In this document: piece by piece, positions 52,956-64,000 of the stretch | Layout: each line of letters starts with the position of its first letter | Numbering within the stretch: position 1 is the stretch's first letter | NCBI GenBank assembly: GCA_038087875.1 | Contig: CM075997.1 | Coordinates: 8,434,001-8,498,000 of the forward strand | Source: Malacoraja senta | Lineage: Eukaryota | Direction: 5' to 3' | Length of the DNA stretch: 64,000 nucleotides | Position numbers and translations under genes: made by a program | The notes under the pieces: model-generated | Seen by the model: the letters and a program-made list of their open reading frames with translations, nothing else | The model's database searches: none | Told to the model about the DNA's origin: nothing

Positions 52956-55900
52956 TGTGATGTATATGTAATATAAATGCCAGTGCCACTTGAGGCCAAA
53001 AGCAGAAGCTGGCAAATGTGCCTGTGCCTCGTGACTGAGGTCAGGTGACCTTCTATGAGTTTGCTGGTTGTGCAGATTAAATCCTTCTTGCAAGATGTGC
53101 TAGACACAACAAGGTCATACGGAAGACATTTAGAGGAAAAAAATAAAAAAATAACGTAACTGTCTCACGTTACATCTTTAATACACGTAATCAGCGGCGA
53201 GGGGAGACCTTCTCCGTGACTGTAGTGAAGTATTTAGCTAATGATTGCGAGTTTGGCTTTATCCATGGCTCGTTGCTGCGGGACAGAATCGTCTGCGGCA
53301 TCACCAGCCATGCGCTCCGGAAAAAACTACTACAATGTGATGATTTAACACTGGATTGCCCCGAGCACCATCGACACCGAAGAGACTGTTGATTACGTGA
53401 AACAGGACAGCGCCAGTCGGCCATGGGGCCATGGCAGGGATTCGCGACCCAGACAACCACAGACAGAAATCCGTGATTCTGGTAAGGATACCATCTACTG
53501 GTCATGCACCCGCGCGCATAAAGGCAACTACTGCCCTGCTCAGTACATGAGATGTCACACCTGCGGAGAGATTGGACATCTTTCCAGATCCCCCGACTGC
53601 CCGATAAATAGAGCACCCAACAGCCGCCCACGTCCCCGACAACATGACCGGCTAATCAGACAAAAGTCCGGGGACTGGAGCCGTGACGTCCGCGACGTCG
53701 AGTTCCAGATGAACACTTCACCGCTGCCTGAGCCAGTGGACGACGATGTTGCTGTCTTCTACATTGCCGCCGTGAGTGACGCTGTGATTGAGTCGAGGCG
53801 TGAATGGGGACAGATGTGCAGCATTAACAATATGAACATTGAGTTCAATCTTGACTCTGGAGCTCAAGTGGACATCCTGCCAGAGCACTTGTTCAGAAAG
53901 ACTGGTCTTGCCTTACTGACACTGAGGTCATACTCTGCACACACAATGAAGCCTGTGGGATAGGCAAAGGGGAACGTCAAAGTAGGTAAGAAAGATCACA
54001 GGGTTGTCTTTCAAATACTGAGGGGGATGTGAAATCCATATTTGGGAAACTAACGTGTGAAAAGTTAGAGCTTCTTGTGCGAAAGGAGGCGGTTGATGGC
54101 GTGAGTGAGAACCCCTCACTGCGAGGATCATTGAGGAAATCCGCGAGATTTTCGAAGGGCTGGGAAGGCTAAAAAGACATGAGTACAACATAGCGCTGCA
54201 AGAGAACGTGTAACCTAAGAAAAACCCGCCCCGCACTATCCCCTATAAGATCAGGGATAAGGTCAAAGCCGAATTAGAGCGCATGGAAAGCTTGGGAGCC
54301 ATAAAGCCCGTTAGCGAACCGACGTATTGGGTGAATTCAATGACTGTGGTTAGCAACCCTAATGGAAAAGTCCGCATATGCCTTGACCCACGTGACCTCA
54401 ATGCGGCCATTCGTAGGGAGCATTTCCCGATGCCGACGTTCGAGAACATTGCAGCCCACATGCCAAATGCAGAATGGTTCGCGAAATTTGACGCTATAAG
54501 TGGGTACTGGCAGTTCCCACTGAGCGATGACAGCTCGCGTCTGACCACATTTAATACTCCCTTTGGGAGATACCGATACCTAGTGCTTCCATTTGGAATC
54601 TCATCCGCAAGTGAGATTTGGCAGCGGGTGATGCAGGAAGAGTTTGGCGATTTAGACGGGGTGGAGATAGTCGTTGACGACATTCTCATTTGGGGTGAGA
54701 ATGCAGCACAGCATGACGCAAGGGTGAAAGCCCTACTCGAACGGGTGAAAGAGTCCGGCTTAAAGCTCAATCCCCGAAAGTCGGTGATGCGCTCAAACGT
54801 GATTGAATATGTGAGACACGTCATCTCGCAAGCAGGCGTGTCACCAAGGCCATCTCGTGTCAGCAGCATGCTACAAATGCCATACCCGACAAACAAGGCT
54901 GAAGTGCAAATATTCTTGGGGATGGTGACATACATGGCCAAGTTTATTCCGAACCTTTCGGAGATCACCGCCCCACTTAGACAGTTAATAGAAAAGGGAG
55001 TAGCGTGGCATTTTGAGCAGAAGCACATACATGCAGTAGACAAACTGAAGTGTCTTCTCACATCGCCACCCGTACTCAAACTGTACGATGTAAACGCGGC
55101 CGTTTCAATTGCCACAGATGCTTCCAACAGGGGATTTGGAGCGGTCCTACTGCAAGACTGGGGACCTGTTGCATATGCATCACGACGTGTGAACGCGGAC
55201 GAGCGCAACAATGCGACAATAGAGAAGGAGTTGTGCTGCATATTGTACGCATGCAGAAGGTTTCATGACTTCATTGTCGATCAGCGCACAGTAATCCTTA
55301 CTCACCACAAACCATTAGTAGCTTGCTCGCCAAGCCGCTACACAACTTAAGCCCCAGACTCCAGCGCATGCGAATGCACCTGCTACGGTAAGAACTGGAG
55401 ATACGGTGGAAGCCGGGACGTGAAATGTTTGTCCCTGAGGAGGCTGCCCAATGCAAACACGCCTGCGGAAGAGCACACCGCAACTGCCGAACGTGATACA
55501 CGCTGTAGAAGCCATCCTACACATGTCAGACGAACGCCCTGCGCAGTTCAAAGCTGAAACAAAAAAAGATCAAACCCTAACACTGTTGTGCGCGTATATA
55601 AGAAAGGGTTGGCTTAGTAACAGGCGTGATCTGCCCTCGGACTTGAATCAGTTTCATACATACCATGATGAGCTAGTTGAAGTCGATGGATTAGTTTTGA
55701 GGGAAAACCGAATCGTCGTCCCCCAATGCATGCGCCGGCAGATGCTGAACGCGCTACATGAATCACATCTGGGAGTAGTGAAACTTAAACAACGAGCCCG
55801 CAATTTATTTGCGTGGCCAGGAATGACTGCACAGATTGAGGACACAGTGGGAACTTGCTCGATATGCCAGGCGACTAGAAAAGCACAAGCAAGCGAGCCG

Positions 55901-57204
55901 CTCCAACCACACTTCATCCCCAGCAGACATTGGTCTAAGGTCGGCGCAGACATCTTCCATCTGGATGGAATTGACCATTTGCTTGTAGTGGACTATCACT
56001 CCAAGTACCCAGAAATAGCGCAACGGACAGACATGACGTCGCATTCGGTGATACGTAAGATGAAGGGCATGTTTGCCGGAATGGCATTCCTGACTTGGTG
56101 ATGACAGACAACGCGAGACAATTTGACTGTGCTGAGTTTCGTAGGTTCCAGAATGACTGGGAATTTGCCCATGGCACCTCAAGTCCCATATATCCATAGA
56201 CCAACGGGCAGATGGAGCGCTGTGTGCAAACTATAAAAAGTACTATGAGGAAAGCCAAACGCAGCGGCCGTGACCCGATGTACGCCCCCTCACAGTTACT
56301 GAACAGTAGACTGTTAAAAAGAAAATTGCCATCGCCTCTATCGCTCTTAGTGCCTCATCATATCCCTCCCATGGGACCACAACTGGCCGTCCGGCAAGAA
56401 AAACAGGCAACATACTTCAAAGAGAAGGCAAGCGCCGAGCCGCTGCCGCGCCTGGAACAACATGTGTGCTTTAGTGCCAAACCAACCGAGTGGCAACGTG
56501 GCCGTATTGCAAGAGAAAATTGTCCCCTCGGAGCTATGTCATCTTTACACCGAGCGGTACTGAGTTCCGCAGAAACAGGAAGGACATAAGACCTGCACAC
56601 GAAGCAGCTGAGCCATGCCCTGGCAACACGCAGCAGACGAGTTCGAACACTCTCCCACAAGGAGGTACAAGGAGCCAGTCTTCCACACTCAAGAGAACTT
56701 ACACAGGCCGGATCACAAGGTTCTGTGGTGGGGGAACCGGCTCAAAGCGAGCCAAGCCACACTCGCACACAACAGAAATACGACAGAGAATGAGTTGGAA
56801 ATACGACTTGCACGAGAAGTGGGCGATTGTCAAAACCCCCAACTCGACTTGTTATGTAAAATTGTTGGGCAATTATTTTATAGTTTTGTAGTAGGAAGAG
56901 CACTGTGTTATTTGTCGTACTTTATCGACATTAAATTGATTAAAGGTTCAAGTTATTAGTTTTGACCCTAACGTTGATGGGGGAGATGTGATATATTTAA
57001 AATGAAGGAGGAGATGTGATGTATATGTAATATAAATGCCAGTACCCCTTGAGGCCAAAAGCAGAAGCTGGAAAACGTGCCTCGTGACTGAGGTCAGGTG
57101 ACCTTCTAGGAGTTTGCTGGTTGTGCAGATTAAATCCTTCTTACAAGATGTTGGACGTGTATTCATTGTGCTAGTCACAACAAGGTCATACATAAGACAT
57201 TGCA
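52956..57204 (+). mobile_element. Gypsy/Ty3 LTR retrotransposon D (different family, decayed; end of 5' LTR, PBS and gag start deleted)
   Basis: LTRs ~52956-53130 and 57015-57204; 5-bp TSD GGCAG (52951-52955 and 57205-57209); PPT AAGGAGGAGA; CHTCGEIGHL knuckle, LDSGA, LPFG, VVDD and integrase HHCC. Inserted in a Penelope-derived tandem repeat. Confidence 0.92.
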
Positions 57205-57590
57205 GGCAGCATCTCTGGAGAACGTAGACGGGTACAAATTGGTGGAGTAACTCAGCGGGTCAGGCAGTACCTCTGGAGAATGTGGACATGTACAAAGTTC
57301 GGGAATAACTCAGCGGGTCAGGCAGCATCTTTGGAGAACGTGGACAGGTACAAAGTGCTGGAGTAACTCAGCGGGTCAGGCAGCCTCAATTGAGTAGCTC
57401 AGCGGGTCAGGCAGCATCTCTGGAGAACGTGCGCAGGTATAAAGTGCTGGAGTAGCTCAGCGGGTCAGGCAGCATCTCTGGAGAACGTGCGCAGGTATAA
57501 AGTGCTGGAGTAGGCCAGCGGGTCAGGCAGCATCTCTGGAGAACGTTGACAGGAATAAACTGCTGGAGTAGTTCAGCGGGACAGGCATCT
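57205..57590 (+). repeat. Tandem ~58-bp Penelope-end-derived units (continuation of 52810-52955)
   Basis: Repeated GTGCTGGAGTAACTCAGCGGGTCAGGCAGCATCTCTGGAGAACGTGGACAGGTACAAA. Confidence 0.85.
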
Positions 57591-57789
57591 CCGGTTCCTT
57601 CCATACAACTCTCTGCGAATACTTGCTGGTCTTGGACAGAGCTGTTCCTAAACCAGAGCTGCTCCACAATCCCGATAAAATGCTTTCTATTGTAGGGAGG
57701 GAGAGGAGGGAAGGAGGGAGAGAGGGAGAGGAAGGGTTGAGGGATGGGGGGTGAGGGGGAGAACTTCCCAAAAAGTTAATTTGCAAGTC

Positions 57790-58527
57790 AATAGACAACA
57801 GGTGCAGGAGTAGGCTATTCGGCCCTTCGAACCAGCACCGCCATTCACTGTGATAATGGCTGATCATCCACAATCAGTACCCCGATCCTGCCTTCTCCCC
57901 GTATCCCCTGACTCCACTATCTTTAAGAACCCTATCTAGCTCTCTTTTGAACGTATCCAGTGAACCGGCCTCCACCGCCCTCTGAGGCAGAGAATCCCAC
58001 AGACTCACAACTCTGGGTGAAAATGTGTTTCCTCATCTCCGTTCTAAATGGCCGACACCTTATTCTTAGACTGTGTAACCCCTGGTTCTGGACTCCCCCG
58101 ACACGGGAAACATGTTTACTGCCTCCAGCGTGTCTAAACCCTTAATAATCATATATGTTTCAATAAGATCCCCTCTCATTCTTCTAAATTCCAGAGTATA
58201 CAAGCCTAGCCGCTCCATTCTATCAACATATAACAGTCCTGCCATCCCGGGAATTAACCTTGTTGCACGTTGTCTACGTTGCACTCCCTCAATAGCAAGA
58301 ATGTCCTTCCATTTTCGGGGACCAAAGCTGCACACAATACTGCAGGTGTTGTCTCACTGGGGCCTTGTACAACTGCAGAAGGTCTCTGCTTCTATACTCA
58401 ACTCCTCTTGTTATGAAGGCCAACATGCCTTTCGCTTTATTCACTGCTTGGTGTACCTGCATGCTTTCTTTCATTGACTGATGAACAAGGACCCCTCAGA
58501 TCCCGTTGCACTTTCCCTTTTCCCAAC
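57790..58527 (-). mobile_element. CR1 3' fragment
   Basis: ILAIEGVQRR...GDLIETY and the CR1 3'UTR; cut off at the 40-bp array. Confidence 0.85.
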
Positions 58528-60579
58528 TTGCTGCGTGCACTCTGCATGGAGTGCTGTGAGGTTGGACTTGCTGCCTGCACATTACTTGGAGTGCTGTGAG
58601 ATTGGACTTGCTGCTTGCACTCTGCTTGGAGTGCTGTGACGTTGGACATGATGCCTGGACCTTGCTTGGAGAGCTGTGAGGTTGGGCATGCTGCCTGCGC
58701 AGTGCTTGGATTGCTGTACGTTTGGACTTGCTGCCTGCACACTGCTTGGTGTGCTGCTAAGTTGGACTTGCTGCCTGCATTTTGCTTGCAGTGCTGTGAG
58801 GTTCGACTTGCTGCCTGCACCTTGCTTGGGGTGGTGTGAGGTTGGACTTGCGGCCTGCACACTCCTTGGAGGGCTGTGCGTTTGGACTTGCTGCCTGCAC
58901 GCTGCTTGGAGTGCTGTGGGTTTGGACTTGCTGCCTGCACACGGCTTCGAGTGCTGTGAGGTTGGACTTGCTGCCTGCATCTTGCTTGGAGTGCTGTGAG
59001 GTTGGACTTGCTGCCTGCATCTTGCTTGGAGTTCTGTGACGTTGGACCTGCTGCCTGCACCCTGCTTGGAGTGCTGTGAGGTTGGAATTGCTGCCTGCAC
59101 CCTGCTTGGAGTGCTGTTAGGTTGTACTTGCTCCCTGCACCCTGCTTGCAACACTGTGAGGTCGGACTTGCTGCCTGCACACTGCTGGGAGAGCTATGAG
59201 TTTGGACGTGCTGCTTATACGCCGATTGGATTGCTGTGAGGTAGGACTTGCTGCCTGCACTCTGCTTGTAGTGCTGTTAGATTGAACTTGCTGCCTGCAC
59301 TCTGGTTGGAGTATTGTGAGGATGGACTTGATGCCTGCACTCTGCTTGGTGTGCTGTGAGGTTGTACTTGCTTCCTGCACCCTGCTTGGAGTGTTGTGAG
59401 GTTGTACTTGCTTGCCGCACCCTGCTTGGAGTGCTGCGAAGTTGGACCTGCTGCCTGCACCCTGCTTGGAGTGCTGTGAGGGTGGACTTGCTGCATGCAC
59501 CCTGCTTGGAGCCCTGTGAGGCTGTACTTGCTTCCTGCACGCTACATGGAGTGCTGTGAGATTAGACTTGCTGCCTGCACCCTGCTTGGAGTACTGTGAG
59601 GTTGGACTTGCTGCCTGCACCCGGCTTTATGTGCTGTGAGGTTGGACATGCTGCCTGCACCCTGCTTGGAGTGCTGTGAGGTTGGACTTACGGACTGCAC
59701 CCTGCTTGGAGTGCTGTTAGGTTGGACCTGCTGCATGCACTCTGTTTGGAGTGCTGTGAGATTAGACTTGCTGCCTGCATCCTGCTTGGAGTGCTGTGAG
59801 GTTGGAATTGCTGCATGCACCCTGCTTGGAATGCTGTGAGGTTGGACTTGCGGCCTACACACTGCTTGGAGTGCTATGCAGTTGGACTTGCTGCCTGCAA
59901 CCTGCTTGGATTGCTGTGAGGTTGGACTTGCTGCCTGCACCCTGCTTGCAGTACTGTGAAGTTGGACTTGCTGCCTGCACCCGGCTTGAAGTGCTGTGAG
60001 GTTGGACATGCTGCCTGCATCTTGCTTGGAGTGCTGTGAGGTTGGACTTTCGGACTGCACCCGTGCTTGGAGTGCTGTGAGGTTGGACCTGCTGCCGGGA
60101 CCATGCTTGGAGAGCTGTGAGGTTGGACATCCTGCCCGCACGCTTCTTGGCGTGCCATGGACATGCTGCCAGCATTCTGCTTGGAATCTTGTGAGGTTGG
60201 ACTTGCGGCCTGCACACTGCTTTGAGTGCTATGAGGTTGGACTTGCTGCCTGCACCCTGCTTGGATTGCTGTGAGGTTGGACTGGCTTCCTGCATTCTGC
60301 TTGGTATGCTGTGAGATTAGATTTGCTGCCTGCTGCCTGCACCCTGCTTGGAGTACTGTGAGGTTGGACTTGCTGACTGCACTCTGCTTGGAGTGCTGTG
60401 AGGTTGGACTTGCTGCCTGCATCTTGCTTGGAGTGCTGTCAGGTTGGACCTGCTGCCTGCACCCTGCTTGGTGTGATGTGAGGTTGGAATTGCTGCCTGT
60501 ACCCTGCTTGGAGTGCTGTGAGGTTGGACTTGCGGCCTGCACACTGCTTGGAGTGCTGTGACGTTGGACTTGCTGCCTG
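58528..60579 (+). repeat. 40-bp minisatellite, about 50 units
   Basis: Consensus GTTGGACTTGCTGCCTGCACCCTGCTTGGAGTGCTGTGAG with strict 40-bp period and a few indels near 60060-60340. Confidence 0.97.
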
Positions 60580-60624
60580 CGGTACCCGGACGCGGCGCCG
60601 ACAGAGAAGAGGCCGAAGCTAAAA

Positions 60625-60850
60625 AGCCGAAGCCAAAGAACCGAATAGAAACAAGGCCGAAACGCCAATGAACCGAAAGAGTCCGAAGACGAAACGCCTA
60701 CTAACCGAAAGGATGGGACGCCTAATTGTAAACTAACCGAAATGGCGGGACGCCTAAACGCCAACGAACCGAAAGGCTGCGTCGCCTAAAAGCAAACATA
60801 CCGAATGGCCGCTCAGTCGAAACGCCAACTACCCGAAAGGCGGCGGCGCC
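60625..60850 (+). repeat. Diverged 32-bp tandem repeat, about 7 units, CpG-rich
   Basis: (A/C)CCGAA recurs at 60641, 60672, 60704, 60736, 60768, 60800 and 60832; unit is roughly AAACGCCAACTAACCGAAAGG plus a variable part. Confidence 0.8.
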
Positions 60851-60999
60851 TCCATGCCAAAGGATTGACGGCCGCTCCACAGAAAAGTCCAATAATGGAT
60901 TTCTGGTTGCCGGGGGGCGGGCTTTGTCAGCGATTGGTCCAGATCCCCGCGTCCATCACATCACTGTGAAGGCATGAACATTGTCCCAAACCTCCGCTC

Positions 61000-62012
61000 C
61001 ACCCGGGTTGGTATTGATAGCACTGCCCTGAGCTGGTTCATCTCCTGCCTCAAAGGTAGGAGTTTCTCGACTAACATAGGCAACTCATTCTCCTCCCCAG
61101 CTAATCTCTACTGTGGGGTTCCACAAGGTTCCATCCTTGGCCCCATTCTCTTCTCCCTGTATATGCTCCCCTGAGGCGAAGTCATTGAAAGGCACGGCAT
61201 TTCCTTCCATTGCTACGCAGACGATACACAACTCTATCTCCCCCTGATGCCCAAAAAGCAATCAAATCTGTTTAACCTTACTCACTGCCTCGAGGATATA
61301 AAGTGTTGGATGGTCCAGAACTTCCTCCAACTAAACGAGAGTAAGTCTGAGGTCATCCTTCTCGGCCCCTCGGACTCAATCAAAATGATAGCAGGCAGCC
61401 TTGGAAGCCTTATCCCACTACTCAAACCTCACGTCAAAAACCTTGGCGTGATATTTGACTCAGCACTGAAATTTGGAAAACAAGTCAATGCCGTGGTAAA
61501 AGCTAGATTCTTTCAGCTTCGGACGATAGCTAAAATAAAACAATTCCTCCAGTTTGATGACCTCGAAAAGATCATCCACACATTCATCTCCTCCCGCCTA
61601 GATTACTGCAACTCCCTTTACACTGGCATCAGCCAATCTTCCCTGTCCCGCCTGCAACTGGTCCAAAACGCCGCAGCGAGACTCCTGACGGGCACCCGAA
61701 AAAGGGAACACATCACCACGATCCTGGCCTCTCTCCACTGGCTCCCTGTGCGGTTCCGTATAAACTTCAAGATCCTCCTCCATGTCTACAAAGCCCTCAA
61801 TGGGCTTGCACCCACCTACATTAAAAAGACTTCTCACCCACCACCCCACCTCCAGGCCCCTCAGATCGGCTGACTTGGGGTTGCTGAATATCCCACGGTC
61901 TAGGCATAAGCTCAGGGGCGACCGCGCCTTTGCGGTTGCAGCCCCTAGACTGTGGAACAGCATCTCCTTTCCTATCACAACTGCCCCCTCCATCGACTCT
62001 CTTAAGTCAAGA
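61000..62012 (+). mobile_element. L2-clade LINE RT fragment, interrupted at its 3' end by CR1
   Basis: [61 protein letters not shown] and LHWLPV. Confidence 0.9.
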
Positions 62013-64000
62013 TTAGATACATAGATACATAGAAAATAGGTGCAGGAGTAGGCCATTCGGCCCTTCGAGCCTGCACCGCCATTCAATATGATCATGGCTG
62101 ATCATCCAACTCAGTATCCCGTACCTGCCTTCTCTCCATACCCCCTGATCCCCTTAGCCACAAGGGCCACATCTAACTCCCTCTTAAATATAGCCAATGA
62201 ACTGGCCTCAACTACCCTCTGTGGCAGAGAGTTCCAGAGATTCACAACTCTCTGTGTGAAAAAGTTTTTCCTCATCTCGGTCTTAAAGGATTTCCCCCTT
62301 ATCCTTAAGCTGTGACCCCTTGTCCTGGACTTCCCCAACATCGGGAACAATCTTCCTGCATCTAGCCTGTCCAACCCCATAAGAATTTTGTATGTTTCTA
62401 TAAGATCCCCTCTCAATCTCCTAAATTCTAGCGAGTATAAGCCAAGTCTATCCAGTCTTTCTTCATATGAAAGTCCTGACATCCCAGGAATCAGTCTGGT
62501 CAACCTTCTCTGCACTCACTCTATGGCTATAATGTCCTTCCTCAGATTTGGAGACCAAAACTGTACGCAATACTCCAGGTGTGGTCTCACCAGGACCCTG
62601 TACAACTGCAGTAGAACCTCCCTGCTCCTACACTCAAATCCTTTTGCTATGAAAGCTAACATATCATTCGCTTTCTTCACTGCCTGCTGCACCTGCATGC
62701 CTACTTTCAATGACTGGTGTACCATGACACCCAGGTCTCGCTGCATCTCCCCATTTCCTATTCGGCCACCATTTAGATAATAGTCTGCTTTCCTGTTTTT
62801 GACGCCAAAGTGGATAACCTCACATTTATCCACATTATACTGCATCTGCCAAACATTTGCCCACTCACCCAGCCTATCCAAGTCACCTTGCAGTCTCCTA
62901 GCATCCTCCTCCCAGCTAACACTGCCCCCCAGCTTAGTGTCATCCGCAAACTTGGAGATGTTGCCTTCAATTCCCTCATCCAGCTCATTAATATAAATTG
63001 TAAATAGCTGGTGTCCCAGCACTGAGCCTTGCGGTACCCCACTAGTCACTGCCTGCCATTGTGAAAAGGACCCGTTTACTCCTACTCTTTGCTTCCTGTT
63101 TGCCAGGCAGTTCTCTATCCACATCAATACTGAACCCCCAATACCGTGTGCTTTAAGTTTGTATACTAATCTCTTATGTGGTACCTTGTCGAAAGCCTTC
63201 TGAAAGTCCAGATACAACACATCCACTCGTTCTCCGCTATCCACTCTACTAGTTACATCCTCGAAAAATTCTATAAGATTCGTCAGACATGATTTACCTT
63301 TCGTAAATCAATGCTGACTTTGTCCAATGATTTCACCACTTTCCAAATGTGCTGCTATCCCATCTTTAATAAGTGACTCTAGCAGTTTCCCCACTACCGA
63401 TGTTAGACTAACTGGTCTGTAATTCCCCGTTTTCTCTCTCCCTCCCTGCTTAAAAAGTGGGGTTACGTTTGCTACCCTCGAATCCTCAGGAACTACTCCA
63501 GAATCTAAAGAGTTTTGAAAAATTATCACTAATGCATCCACTATTTCTGGAGCTACTTCCTTAAGTACTCTGGGATGCAGCCTATCTGGCCCTGGGGATT
63601 TATCGGCCTTTAATCCATTCAATTTACCCAACACCACTTCCCGACTAACCTGGATTTCACTCAGTTCCTCCATCTCCTTTGACCCGCGGCCCCCTGCTAT
63701 TTCCGGCAGATTATTAATGTCTTCCTTAGTGAAGACGGAACCAAAGTAGTTATTCAATTGGTCCGCCATATCCTTGTTCCCCATGATCAATTCACCTGTT
63801 TCTGACTGCAAGGGACCTACATTTGTTTTAACTAATCTCTTTCTCTTCACATATCTATAAACACGTTTGCAGTCAGTTTTTATGTTCCCTGCCAGTTTCC
63901 TTTCATAATCTATTTTCCCTTTCCTAATTAAGCCCTTTGTCCTCCTCTGCAGATCTCTGAATTTCTCCCAGTCCTCTGGTATGCTGCTTTTTCTGGCTAA
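62013..64000 (-). mobile_element. Young CR1 LINE (RT and 3'UTR), extends beyond the window
   Basis: ORFs 63308-63850, 62516-63244 and 62111-62515; (CTATGTAT)n tail; very similar to 44335-46140. Confidence 0.95.

Noticed and set aside
54243..55241. 332-aa antisense ORF (and similar antisense ORFs in other Gypsy and CR1 copies)
   Set aside because: Shadow ORFs opposite the RT coding sequence, with no independent support.
58528..60579. CACAGCA on the minus strand as a V(D)J RSS heptamer array
   Set aside because: No ACAAAAACC nonamer at 12- or 23-bp spacing; no RSS was noticed beside the Ig exons, which are bounded by splice sites.
58437..60764. Many Gln/Ser- or Cys/Leu-rich ORFs
   Set aside because: Translations of the 40-bp minisatellite.
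60625..60850. CRISPR-like repeat-spacer appearance (also considered for the 54-bp and 40-bp arrays)
   Set aside because: Vertebrate context, no cas genes, degenerate repeats, and the variable parts are too short or homologous to one another.

Overview
Vertebrate genomic DNA, mostly transposon-derived and inferred to be from a cartilaginous fish (skate/ray-like) because of its CR1 families with (CTATGTTT)n tails, HE1-type tRNA-derived SINEs and Penelope-derived repeats. Host genes are two paralogous 291-nt phase-1 Ig-domain exons on the minus strand (11516-11806 and 1662-1952; FcR-like/LILR/LITR/A1BG-type) and a disrupted intronless C2H2 zinc-finger gene (~47975-49324). The window also holds four Gypsy LTR retrotransposons, one full-length L1-clade LINE with a 17-bp TSD, many CR1 copies, and L2, Ingi-like and Penelope fragments. 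Several elements are nested (Gypsy in L1 in CR1; Gypsy and CR1 in CR1). A 200-N gap lies at 23743-23942. The most notable structure not explained by these genes and elements is a 54-bp tandem array (51260-51875) of 12 co-oriented CTCF-like cores, most with a correctly spaced TGCA upstream module. Also notable are about a dozen Penelope-type minimal hammerhead ribozyme motifs, a LANA-like TRSGR tail on all four Gypsy integrases, a ~1.1-kb local segmental duplication, and 40-bp and 32-bp tandem arrays. All calls were made by eye, with no database searches; boundaries of old repeats are approximate.
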